A stretch of 64,000 nt of DNA from Pseudomonadota bacterium (GTDB taxonomy: Bacteria > Bdellovibrionota_C > UBA2361 > OMII01), in assembly GCA_038134595.1 (NCBI GenBank), contig JAYPVM010000004.1, positions 5,573 through 69,572 on the forward strand. The letters run 5' to 3'. Below the pieces are notes generated by a model. The model worked only from the letters and a program-made list of their open reading frames with translations. It had not been told where the DNA came from and made no database searches. Made by a program: the position numbers and the translations under genes. This document shows positions 28,419 through 37,860 of the stretch, one piece after another (position 1 is the first letter of the stretch; every line of letters starts with the position of its first letter).

Positions 28419-28522
28419 CTATTTGTCGAAGTCAATCTTGGTAGAGCTCGAGCCTTGATCGATATCTAAGAATGATTGCGTCATTATTTTCCGAATTATA
28501 TGCCTTGCTCTATGGTACGGCA
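28419..28522 (-). pseudogene. 5' fragment (upstream region plus 16 codons) of an FGGY kinase allele
   Basis: MTQSFLDIDQGSSSTK versus MIEVFLGIDQGSSSTK at 33594; upstream 15-mer TGCCGTACCATAGAG shared with 33555-33569. Confidence 0.85.
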
Positions 28523-28820
28523 GGCTAAAGCCCATGTTCAATCAAAAAAATCACTCTTTTGGCTTTGTGGCTTTTTTAACCAACGAGCATAGGCTTGTCA
28601 TTGGTTTAGCCATCCAATATATCAGTGATAGCTTTACATAGTCGTTCCTCATCAGATGCGTCGGCAACTGACATTAAAAAGACGATACCTTCACTTGATT
28701 TCTGAAAGTAGCGCTTCAAGCAATTTAGACAAGTCGCGCCAAACGAACACTCTCAAAACCATTGGCATTCAAAAGATCAAATTCAGGGGAATCGTTAGAA
28801 CGATAGCACCTCCAAATATT

Positions 28821-30809
28821 CTATCCATTCGCCTTTAACGACTTTGCGATAAAAGCCGATACATACCGCGACCCCTCAACGGTTAGATGGCCGCGGTCTC
28901 TGTATAACAACACACCCTCAGGGCTAGCCGAGCATATGGTACCGCGACAAAAAAGAGTTGCAAGATCAATCACCTTGGCATTACCAAACTCCTTGGCTTC
29001 CTCTTCAGCTACCGTCTGATACTCATTGTAAATCCTGAAGGGCGCAATAGTAAGATCTCTCGTGAAAGTACAATCTCTTTTGAAGATACTTATCGGGCGC
29101 TCCTGACAACTTAGCGGATCAAAGGGAAGTCTAGGTGGGCTAATCACGATAAACACCTGTTTCCCAGCTTTTTCCAACATGGTTAGGGTTCTTCGAAATC
29201 CGTTTGAATATTTGATCGACCGCTTTGTAAGATTGGGATTCTCATTATCTCGAAGGGTATAATCACAGGTAGGGGCATGTGCTAAAATTACTTTTTTTAT
29301 CGACTCCGATTTGACAACAAATTCTAGCGCTTGTTTGATGTTTTTATACCCGTTTAGTTTAACAGCACGCAAAGCTTCTGAAGACTCATTAAATGCTGAC
29401 GACATGTTGAGCAATGGCGCCTGACAACAGGATGGAAAAGATGCCAGCTTTTCGCCTGAATCCTGATACCGCTCGGCAAGGCCGTCAAACAACTGATTGG
29501 CATGAGAGTCGCCGAGTAGAGCAATCGTAATTTTCTCTTTTTTCGCCTGCAGTCGACATTCTATATCCCCGTGCTTTGTCCATGCAGGGAAAAGATCGGA
29601 ACATCGATCGATCATCAAACGGTTATTCAACCCAGAGGAGTCAACATCACTCTTTACAGAGAAGGCAAACTTAGCCCCACACAGACCGAGCATGGCGGCA
29701 AGTAGCACTACTACCTTAATTCGAGGATACTCTTTGCTTCGTAGGGGCTGTTCAACAAGGTAAAACGTTGCAGTTGCCAAAACTATCGAGAGGGCAATTG
29801 CCCCCACAGAACTCGATAGTCCTATTTCGTTACCCTTCTGAATTCTCAATAGGGCAAGAATCGGCCAATGCCATAGGTAGAGCGAATAACTTATCTTTCC
29901 GAGCCAAACGCTGAAGGGATTTCCCAATGTCATTCGAGTAAGGGTGCTCGTAGAGTTAGCAACTACACATAGTGCGGCACCAAGAGTGGGGAGCAGCGCT
30001 ATTACTCCCGGAAAGGCGCTCTTAGCCGAGATGAGCGTGCATGCTCCGACTAGAAAAAGCACACCTAATGCAAAAATAATATCTTGCTTTCGAATTTTTG
30101 TCCCCAGAAACATCCTCGACATCCGAAACTGTGGAAGCCAATTTAAGCGCGTCGTAGGCATATGCAACACACACGCAACGACAGCTCCGATCATAAACTC
30201 CCAAGCCCGCGTGAGAGTCGAATAGAAAGCATTGATAGGTGCCGACTGAATCGAGTCTATATTAAGTAGAAATGAGCCCAAACCAACCAAGCAAATCGGT
30301 ATCAGTGGAGTCAGTCGGCATTTCCATGTAATCCACAACACCAATGGCCAGACGAGATAAAACTGCAACTCAATGGCAAGGCTCCATAAATGCAAAAGTG
30401 GATTGGTCTGTGCAGCGGATTTAAAATACTCATTGTATTCGACAATTAACGTTTTGTTTATCGTGCTCGTCGCAGTAGCTGATACATACCGGAGAAGTTC
30501 GGCATATTCTTCGTCGAGGAGAAGATAAGGCCCCATCACTGTAAGCGTTCCCATGACAAGAAGTAGCGCCGGAAACAGTCGCCGAATCCGTCGCCCGTAA
30601 AAATTAACGATACTCAATCTTTTCTTCACTAAGCTTTCAAGAAGCTGTGCGGTGATTAAAAATCCACTTAAAACGAAGAATATATCGACACCAACAAATC
30701 CACCTGGAACAAAAGAAGGTGCGACATGGAACATGACAACCAAAGCGATAGCAAGGCCCCGTAATCCATCTAAGTCACGGCGGTATTCCGCAGGATATAT
30801 TACACGCAC
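28821..30809 (-). CDS. OafA-like O-acyltransferase (acyltransferase-3 plus SGNH)
   Basis: DLDGLRGLAI, GVDIFFVLSG, HLWSLAIE, SYSLYLWHWP, GDSHA, DRGHL. Confidence 0.95.
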   Translation of the reverse strand: MRVIYPAEYRRDLDGLRGLAIALVVMFHVAPSFVPGGFVGVDIFFVLSGFLITAQLLESLVKKRLSIVNFYGRRIRRLFPALLLVMGTLTVMGPYLLLDEEYAELLRYVSATATSTINKTLIVEYNEYFKSAAQTNPLLHLWSLAIELQFYLVWPLVLWITWKCRLTPLIPICLVGLGSFLLNIDSIQSAPINAFYSTLTRAWEFMIGAVVACVLHMPTTRLNWLPQFRMSRMFLGTKIRKQDIIFALGVLFLVGACTLISAKSAFPGVIALLPTLGAALCVVANSTSTLTRMTLGNPFSVWLGKISYSLYLWHWPILALLRIQKGNEIGLSSSVGAIALSIVLATATFYLVEQPLRSKEYPRIKVVVLLAAMLGLCGAKFAFSVKSDVDSSGLNNRLMIDRCSDLFPAWTKHGDIECRLQAKKEKITIALLGDSHANQLFDGLAERYQDSGEKLASFPSCCQAPLLNMSSAFNESSEALRAVKLNGYKNIKQALEFVVKSESIKKVILAHAPTCDYTLRDNENPNLTKRSIKYSNGFRRTLTMLEKAGKQVFIVISPPRLPFDPLSCQERPISIFKRDCTFTRDLTIAPFRIYNEYQTVAEEEAKEFGNAKVIDLATLFCRGTICSASPEGVLLYRDRGHLTVEGSRYVSAFIAKSLKANG

Positions 30810-31008
30810 ATCATTCTCCGCTTTGCTTGAAACCTATTCCAAAAACACATTACTTTCACAAAATTAGGGAATACAGAGTAAAGTTGACCATATTTCTTCA
30901 GATTGGGGTACCAGTCTTGAATTTTAACTTCTAGTGCCCTTAATTTCGGATACCATACGCATGGCAAATAATGCTAAAAGTTATACAGACAGGGCTTTGT
31001 AACTTCGA

Positions 31009-31039
31009 TTTCCATGATAGCATCGAGCTATCATGGAAA
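31009..31039. other. Perfect 13-bp inverted repeat
   Basis: TTTCCATGATAGC-N5-GCTATCATGGAAA just before ATG 31047. Confidence 0.7.
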
Positions 31040-31046
31040 CTTTCTT

Positions 31047-31475
31047 ATGACCGCACTAAACCAAACTTCAAAAGTAATTCTCTCTTCTTGTCTCTCCGGC
31101 AGACGAATATCCAAAGATGAGGCTCTCCTTATCTGGAAAGAAGCTACCTATCCGGAGCTTGCAGTTGTGGCGCATGAGATTAGGCTGCGGCAAAATCCGC
31201 CCACGGTCGCCACATACCTTATCGATAGAAATATTAACTATACAAACGTGTGTAATTCCGATTGCTCGTTTTGTGCCTTCTATCGCCACGATTCAACGCA
31301 CCCCGAAAGCTATGTTCTAAGCCACTCGATACTTAAATCTAAGGTTGATGAGGCAGTAGCGCTTGGAGCTTGTAGACTCCTTCTTCAGGGGGGACACAAT
31401 GACGATCTTCCGTATTCGTTTCATCAAGAGATGATCTCGTGGATACATGAAACGTATCCACCTCTAACAAGCTGA
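31047..31475 (+). pseudogene. mqnC: Inverted 5' partial copy of mqnC
   Basis: 31091-31460 matches reverse complement of 27927-28296; first 207 bp identical, then ~18 mostly synonymous differences. Confidence 0.93.
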
Positions 31476-31507
31476 TAATATGCTGTATTTTAGCAAGATA
31501 GATTAGT

Positions 31508-31960
31508 GTGATGCTCTTTTGTATTATTGTGAGTGCTATGCAAGAAGTATCACCCAATCACACCCCATTTCCAGTTGTAGAGGTATTACAGAATACCATC
31601 TGCCGCATCCTGCCCCAGCCGCTTCAAACCGAGTTACTCAAAGACTTTGTTGTGAGCCAAGGCCCCTTTGGTGCAGAGCTGTGTATACATGGGATAAGTG
31701 ATGGAGCGTATGTTGTCGAGCGTTTGTCGCGCTCTGAGATTACCTGTAAAATTAGAATAGGACATAAGTGCTCGCGGGAGATATTGTCGAAGAAACTTGA
31801 GCCAGTAGCGGACGCATCTCTAGTTGTTGAGAGCCTCAGAAATACATTGAAGGGATTCATTTCGCTGTATTCTCAACCGGTAGATACGCGAAACGATCAG
31901 CTTATCGTGCCAAGAGCAACCCAGCGTTGTGCCCACCGAAAGCAAAGGAGTGAGAGATAG
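31508..31960 (+). CDS. Hypothetical protein
   Basis: 150-aa ORF filling the gap; 3' end overlaps fabF. Confidence 0.45.
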   Translation: MMLFCIIVSAMQEVSPNHTPFPVVEVLQNTICRILPQPLQTELLKDFVVSQGPFGAELCIHGISDGAYVVERLSRSEITCKIRIGHKCSREILSKKLEPVADASLVVESLRNTLKGFISLYSQPVDTRNDQLIVPRATQRCAHRKQRSER

Positions 31961-33194
31961 CGAGAGGGGATTTGATATGTTGGGTCGTACTTGAGATTCC
32001 AATGTTGCGTGACGGTTCTTCATCGCAAGGGATAGGAGGGCAAGTTTTTGTTTGCAGTGCCAAAACAGTAAGGATCGCTTCAAGCGCTCCAGATGCGCCG
32101 AGCGTATGGCCGAAAACAGCTTTAGAAGCTGTTAGGGGAGGGGTGTGTGGAAAGAGCTCCTCGATAAGAGCGGCTTCGATGCGATCTCCCTCTTGAGTAC
32201 CGGTGCCGTGTGTATTGATGTGTCCGATGTCTTGCGCTGAAACATCTGCTCTTTGTAGTAAGTCAGTAATTATTCTGCGAGCCCCAGCCCCCTCGGGGTT
32301 GCTTGCCATGATGTTGTATGCATCAAACGACTGAGCAGCGGCGAGAATTTGCGCGAGAATCCGTGCGCCGCGGTTTTGAGCATGTTGCCTGGACTCTAGA
32401 ATAAGGATTCCGCTAGCCCCGTTAGAAAATAGAAATCCAGAACGATTGTTAGTAAACGGCTTGGCACACGGACGTGTCTCTGCAGTTGTTAGAACACGAG
32501 CTATGTCGAACCCCCGAAACAGTGCACCTGTAGATTCGTCGAGAAATTCAGATCCACCAACGATGGCGCAATCTAATTCGCCCCGACTAATCGCATCGGT
32601 TGCAAGGCACAGGGCTATTGTGGATGCTGAACAAGCTCCACTTACAGTATGGTTTGCACCCCGTGCACCGAACCTTATGCCTATCTGCCCCGAGAGCGCA
32701 TTTGGCATAATCATTGGCACAACAAACGGATTAAATCGCTTGCTCGTGCTAAGGGCGCTGTTTGGTATGGCGGGAGATATGTGTGCCAGATGATTTTGTA
32801 AGAGCGAAGAAATTCCCCCAACGCCTGTGCCAACAAAAACTCCTAGTCTTGTCGGGTCTATCGAAGGTATGGAGAAAATGCATTTTTTCTCATTAACACA
32901 GGTAGTCTCCAGCCCTGCGTCGTTAAGCGCTTCGTGCGTGGCGCACAAAGCAAGGCTCTGTGAGATATCCAACTGGCGTTGCTCCACAGGGGTGAGCCCG
33001 TTTTCGAGTACTTGATATTGCTGAGGTTGCAACGGAGACCAAAAAAGCGAATTGGGAGCAAAGTAGTCCCGCCACTCTTGCGGAATTGGTTCCGCGCCAC
33101 ATGCTCCAACAAGAGCGGTTTCCCAAAGTTGTTGGGCATTGCATGCGCGAGGAGCTATTGCGCCTACTCCTGTTATAGCAATGGGTGTTTTCAT
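31902..33194 (-). CDS. fabF: Beta-ketoacyl-ACP synthase II family
   Basis: GACSAS, NTHGTGT, GHTLGASGA, SFAFGGHN. Confidence 0.88.
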   Translation of the reverse strand: MKTPIAITGVGAIAPRACNAQQLWETALVGACGAEPIPQEWRDYFAPNSLFWSPLQPQQYQVLENGLTPVEQRQLDISQSLALCATHEALNDAGLETTCVNEKKCIFSIPSIDPTRLGVFVGTGVGGISSLLQNHLAHISPAIPNSALSTSKRFNPFVVPMIMPNALSGQIGIRFGARGANHTVSGACSASTIALCLATDAISRGELDCAIVGGSEFLDESTGALFRGFDIARVLTTAETRPCAKPFTNNRSGFLFSNGASGILILESRQHAQNRGARILAQILAAAQSFDAYNIMASNPEGAGARRIITDLLQRADVSAQDIGHINTHGTGTQEGDRIEAALIEELFPHTPPLTASKAVFGHTLGASGALEAILTVLALQTKTCPPIPCDEEPSRNIGISSTTQHIKSPLAISHSFAFGGHNAGLLLAR

Positions 33195-33427
33195 GAATGT
33201 TTTTGAATGTAGTTGTATACATCACCTACTGTGACAAACGTTTCCGCAACTTCGTTAGGAATTGTCCTTTCAAAATTATCTTCTAGTGCCATCAGGAGAG
33301 AAACGATATCGATGGAGTCCGCCCCTAAGTCATCCTTAAAATGCGAAGATAGCTCGATTTGTTCGGGAGGGCACCGAAGCACCTCTACGACTACATTTTG
33401 GATCTGAAGAAATAGGTCTTTATCCAT
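33191..33427 (-). CDS. acpP: Acyl carrier protein
   Basis: DLGADSID; ATGA overlap with fabF. Confidence 0.9.
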   Translation of the reverse strand: MDKDLFLQIQNVVVEVLRCPPEQIELSSHFKDDLGADSIDIVSLLMALEDNFERTIPNEVAETFVTVGDVYNYIQKHS

Positions 33428-33593
33428 AAAAATTCTTGCGCCCCATACTAATGCTACAAAAGGATAGCTTGAGGCCCTAGCTTCTACAAGACAAATACCG
33501 ATCGAGTGTATTGGTAAGTAACTTCCATTTTTACACTACTTTAGTAGCTCTTCTTGCCGTACCATAGAGGCAAGCTATTATATTCGGTAGAAA

Positions 33594-35057
33594 ATGATTG
33601 AGGTATTCTTAGGTATAGATCAAGGTTCTAGCTCCACCAAGGGAGTACTCGTTACCAGTGGTGGTGATGTTTTGTATCACCATCGAGTATCGGCTCCACC
33701 GATCTCTGAGGTCGATAAGCATGTTGAGCAAGATGCTTCAACGATCCTTGAGTCAGTCACAGAGGTATTTGCAGCCTGTGTAAGCGAAGCAAAGAGACAG
33801 GATAAAACTATTGCGTCGTGGGGATTAGCAACGCAGCGCTCCGGAGTAGTTGCTTGGAACAAGCTTTCAGGTGACGTGATGTGCCCGATGATTACATGGG
33901 CGGATACAAGAACACAGCACATTATAGACGGCTTTGGTCGAGAGGCTGATAAGATAACCGAGCAAACAGGACTTCCCACGATAGCAAACTTCGCTGCACC
34001 AAAGATCCATCTACTGCAGCGAAATTTTCAGGATGCGACAACGCTTGTTGCAACCCTCGACACATTTCTCCTCCATCGCCTTACAAATGGGCTACGCTAT
34101 ACTACCGAAGACACCATGGCCGCCCGGACGATGCTCTATAATCTATACGATAAAACGTGGAGCGAAGATCTCTGTAGGCGCTTTAAGGTAGAGAAGCGAC
34201 GCCTGCCTGAGATTACACCATCTCTTTTCTCGCACGGTGTGTATCAAGGGATTCCGCTTACAGCGATGCTTGGAGACCAGCAAGCCGCCCTTTTTTCATT
34301 TGGTGGAACGAAAAACCAAGCTGTCTTAAATCTAGGCACGATAGGTTCTGCTGTAGTTATGACGGGAGACGACCTCGTGCTACAGCCTGGCTTAAAGACC
34401 ACACCGTGCTATTCCAGTGAAGGCCAAGCTAGCAAAGGCAAGGATGTTCAGTATGTAAGTGAGATAACGTATCCCTCACTTGGAAGTAGTATGAGAGGTA
34501 TTTTGCACAAAGGCTGGTGCAAATCCTCAGAGGAGATAGATGCGATGTGTGCCGCATCATTAGCCAAAACTTCAGACCCAAAGGTGTGTGCGTATTGGGC
34601 AAATGAAACCGAGGTTTCAGATGCATACCCCTTCGGCGCTCCTGATACGATGAAAGAGAAGCCAGATGCAGATGACAGCGATAGAGCTCGTGCCGTTACA
34701 GAGAACATCGGAAATCATATCGTCTTGATGCTCGAAGAGCTCCAAGCCAAGGGGCTTCTAGAAGAAGCCAAAAAAACCGCAATAGAGGTCTCTGGTGGTG
34801 TATCGGCGGGAGAATATCTTTTGCAATACATCGCCGACGTATCTGGATACACCCTTCGTTGTAGACAGGAGAATGAAGCGACTGCGATCGGTGCCGCTCT
34901 AGCATCGATGTTTTATACCCTCGATCTTACGTATGTACCGACTATTCATACGGAACAAGCACCGAGAATCTTTTCGCCGCAAGACTCCACGAGGCACAAG
35001 GGATTTCTTGTTTGGCAGAGGCTTCGGCGGGATGTGTTGGCGGGGCAAGTGCTCTAA
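33594..35057 (+). CDS. FGGY-family carbohydrate kinase (glycerol kinase-like)
   Basis: GIDQGSSSTK, WADTRT, GDQQAAL, EATAIGAA. Confidence 0.9.
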   Translation: MIEVFLGIDQGSSSTKGVLVTSGGDVLYHHRVSAPPISEVDKHVEQDASTILESVTEVFAACVSEAKRQDKTIASWGLATQRSGVVAWNKLSGDVMCPMITWADTRTQHIIDGFGREADKITEQTGLPTIANFAAPKIHLLQRNFQDATTLVATLDTFLLHRLTNGLRYTTEDTMAARTMLYNLYDKTWSEDLCRRFKVEKRRLPEITPSLFSHGVYQGIPLTAMLGDQQAALFSFGGTKNQAVLNLGTIGSAVVMTGDDLVLQPGLKTTPCYSSEGQASKGKDVQYVSEITYPSLGSSMRGILHKGWCKSSEEIDAMCAASLAKTSDPKVCAYWANETEVSDAYPFGAPDTMKEKPDADDSDRARAVTENIGNHIVLMLEELQAKGLLEEAKKTAIEVSGGVSAGEYLLQYIADVSGYTLRCRQENEATAIGAALASMFYTLDLTYVPTIHTEQAPRIFSPQDSTRHKGFLVWQRLRRDVLAGQVL

Positions 35058-35133
35058 AGGTTATCAGGCTCCTTGCGAAGCACAGGGTCCGTAATCATCA
35101 TCTGTTTCGCCATTCACAAGAATAGATGACGTA

Positions 35134-35559
35134 CTATCCCGGACGCACCCCAAGCCAGATACCTCCAACGATGAGTACGGTCGCTGGGATATACCGCAGA
35201 TACAAAGGCTCTCCCAACATAAGAGAGGCGATGAGTGCGGTTATAACGATACCGGCGCCAGCCATGAGATCGTAGTGCGCCACGGGCAGGACTTGGAGTG
35301 CTTTAAGATACAACGCCCATCCCACGATATTGATGACAGCGCAGGCAACGATACCCACTAGCTGTGTGGTAGTCAGGGAGCTAAATGAGAAGCTTTCCTT
35401 GGTCCAGAATGCAAGCCCAAGCGCTACAGGAAACATCGTAGCAGAATAAATCGCTATGAAAGTATAGGGAGCGCTTAAAAGACCAAATTTCTTGGCAAGA
35501 GGACCGATAAACGAGTAGCAGGTGACCGCTAAGAGAGCAAAGAGATATGGCTTTATCAT
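35134..35559 (-). CDS. Single-domain EamA/DMT membrane protein
   Basis: ~5 TM helices; LMLGEPL...LIVGGIWL. Confidence 0.75.
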   Translation of the reverse strand: MIKPYLFALLAVTCYSFIGPLAKKFGLLSAPYTFIAIYSATMFPVALGLAFWTKESFSFSSLTTTQLVGIVACAVINIVGWALYLKALQVLPVAHYDLMAGAGIVITALIASLMLGEPLYLRYIPATVLIVGGIWLGVRPG

Positions 35560-35779
35560 AGCGTGCTGAGAGTACAGCATGGCGCTGTCTTCTGCCAAGG
35601 TCATATTTGGAACATCGTTGCGTCAAATGCTTCTTCCAACGTATCGGATTTAGAGAGCGTAGAGCACGATTTTGTTTGACATTATAGTCTGTTAGTTCAA
35701 AGATCCTGAGCGTATTCTGATTGCCTCTCTCTTAGACGAGGGGACCAAAGCTAGTGCATACCAAAGGAGAACGTAAGTC

Positions 35780-37093
35780 ATGACGTGGATAAATCATAGC
35801 GAAAGAGATTACACAAAAGAAGAAGTATTGGGCTTTACTGAGCAGGCTGTTGACCACGCGCTTAAGAATATCCACCCATCTCCAAAGAGAGTTCTGCTCC
35901 TTCCCCCTGATATCACAAGGGCGCATAGCGGTGCTGGTTACATAACAGAGCGGCTGTATCAGGTGTTCACGAAGATGGGTGCAGAGGTACATGTCATTCC
36001 GACCCTTGGACAACACGTTCCCCACACCCCTGAACAAAACAAATGGATGTTTGGCAGTATTCCCGAGGAGCGAATTCACGCACACGATTATAAGAACGGA
36101 TGTACCGTGCTCGGTGAAGTGCCTGCCGAGTTTGTGAAGCGCGTTACCGACGGCATCGTCGACTGGGCTATGCCGGTAGTTGTAAACAAGATGGTGATGG
36201 AGGGTGATTGGGATATCATCATGAACGTGGGGCATGTGGTGCCGCATGAGGTGCTTGGGTTCGCTAATCACAACAAGAATTACATTATCGGTTTAGGTGG
36301 TAAGGAGACTCTGTGTGCATCGCATATGATGGCGGCGTGTTGTGGAATTGAGAATAATTTAGGCTCGCTTGTTACGCCCCTTCGAGCTTGTTTTAACTAC
36401 GCGGAGGAGCATTTCTTAAATAAGCTTCCTGATTGCTACCTGATGGTTGTTATGCGGTACAACGAGCAGGGAAGCTTAGCGCACAGTGGATTCTTCGTAG
36501 GCGATGATCTCGATACCTACCTTGATGCAGCACGGCTCTCTCGCTCTCAGAACGTGACGATAGTTGATGAGCCTATTAAAAAGATGGTGGCTGTGATGCA
36601 GGGCGATGAGTTCTACAGCACATGGGTCGCCAACAAAGCTGTCTACCGAACGCGGATGGCGATGGCTGATGGTGGAGAGTTATTGATCATCGCTCCGGGT
36701 CTAAAGCGATTCGGTGAACAGCCGGAGATTGAGGCTATTATAAGAAAGTACGGCTATGTAGGAACCGATAGGGTAATGCAACTCTGGAAGGAGAATGCTG
36801 ATTTGCAGGATTTTGCAAATGGCACGGCGCACCTTATCAATGGCTCATCTGAAGGTAGGTTTGACATTGCGTATGCACCGGGATCAGTAAGTAAAAGCGA
36901 TATTGAGCTTGTAAACTTTAAGTACGCAGATCTGCAGGAGACCCTTGCTCGGTATAATCCTGATAGCCTCACCACTGGATGGAATACGATGTCAGATGGA
37001 GAAGAGGTGTTCTTTATAAGCACTCCGTCAGCGGGGCTGTGGACGACAAAGGAAAAGCTTGAGAATAAGCGATTTCCTGATATCGTCACATAG
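35780..37093 (+). CDS. LarA-superfamily nickel-pincer racemase/epimerase
   Basis: PPDITRAHS, PTLGQH, VVPHEVLGFANHNKN, KAVYRTRMAMADGGELL; adjacent to larB and larE. Confidence 0.88.
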   Translation: MTWINHSERDYTKEEVLGFTEQAVDHALKNIHPSPKRVLLLPPDITRAHSGAGYITERLYQVFTKMGAEVHVIPTLGQHVPHTPEQNKWMFGSIPEERIHAHDYKNGCTVLGEVPAEFVKRVTDGIVDWAMPVVVNKMVMEGDWDIIMNVGHVVPHEVLGFANHNKNYIIGLGGKETLCASHMMAACCGIENNLGSLVTPLRACFNYAEEHFLNKLPDCYLMVVMRYNEQGSLAHSGFFVGDDLDTYLDAARLSRSQNVTIVDEPIKKMVAVMQGDEFYSTWVANKAVYRTRMAMADGGELLIIAPGLKRFGEQPEIEAIIRKYGYVGTDRVMQLWKENADLQDFANGTAHLINGSSEGRFDIAYAPGSVSKSDIELVNFKYADLQETLARYNPDSLTTGWNTMSDGEEVFFISTPSAGLWTTKEKLENKRFPDIVT

Positions 37094-37128
37094 TGAGAAT
37101 GATCGGCTAAGAGTGTAGGGTTGTTGTT

Positions 37129-37860
37129 GTGCGCGAGGGGTCAAAAAATAGTAGCTGTGTGACAGTCGAGGGAGTAGGCGTTCTTGATACCGATAGAACT
37201 TCTAGGCGGGGAGTTCCTGAGGTCATTTACTGCCAACACAAGACTCCTGAAGAGGTGCAGGCGCTCTTTCTAGAGCTTAAAAAACACTCATCACTTGTAC
37301 TTGCTACCCGTGCATCGAAAGCACATTTTGAGCCTCTAAAGGATCTTGAAGGCGTTGAGTTTCATGAGAGAGCAGGGGTTATCAGACTCTTACAGCGCCC
37401 CCCAAAACGTGTTGGAAACATATTAGTAGCATCAGCCGGAACTAGTGATATCGGTGTGGCGATGGAAGCTGTGCTCACAGCTGAGTCGTTTGGCTCCAAG
37501 GTTCAGCGGCTCTTTGACGTGGGGGTGGCGGGGATTCAACGCATTCTTTCAAACCAAGATAAGATTCAAGCCGCACGAGCTATCGTGGTAGTTGCGGGGA
37601 TGGATGGTGCACTGCCTTCAGTTGTTGGAGGTCTTGCTCGGTGCCCTGTCATAGCTGTTCCTACGAGTGTTGGATACGGAGCTTGTTTCGGTGGTGTGAG
37701 CGCACTACTTGCGATGCTAAATAGCTGTTCGCCTGGAGTTTCGGTGGTCAATATCGACAACGGATTTGGAGCAGGCTATCAGGCGCATGTCATTAATCAG
37801 CAGAGCATCAGAGGAGCTTCTCTAGAGGATGGTGAGTGTGACATTAAGCAAGCTGTCTAA
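37129..37860 (+). CDS. larB: NPN cofactor biosynthesis carboxylase/hydrolase
   Basis: AGTSD, DVGVAGIQR, AGMDGAL, PTSVGYG, MLNSCSPG, NIDNGFGA. Confidence 0.95.
   Translation: MREGSKNSSCVTVEGVGVLDTDRTSRRGVPEVIYCQHKTPEEVQALFLELKKHSSLVLATRASKAHFEPLKDLEGVEFHERAGVIRLLQRPPKRVGNILVASAGTSDIGVAMEAVLTAESFGSKVQRLFDVGVAGIQRILSNQDKIQAARAIVVVAGMDGALPSVVGGLARCPVIAVPTSVGYGACFGGVSALLAMLNSCSPGVSVVNIDNGFGAGYQAHVINQQSIRGASLEDGECDIKQAV

Noticed and set aside
28530..28815. Gene between the FGGY scrap and oafA
   Set aside because: Only short broken frames; perhaps a decayed gene but unidentifiable
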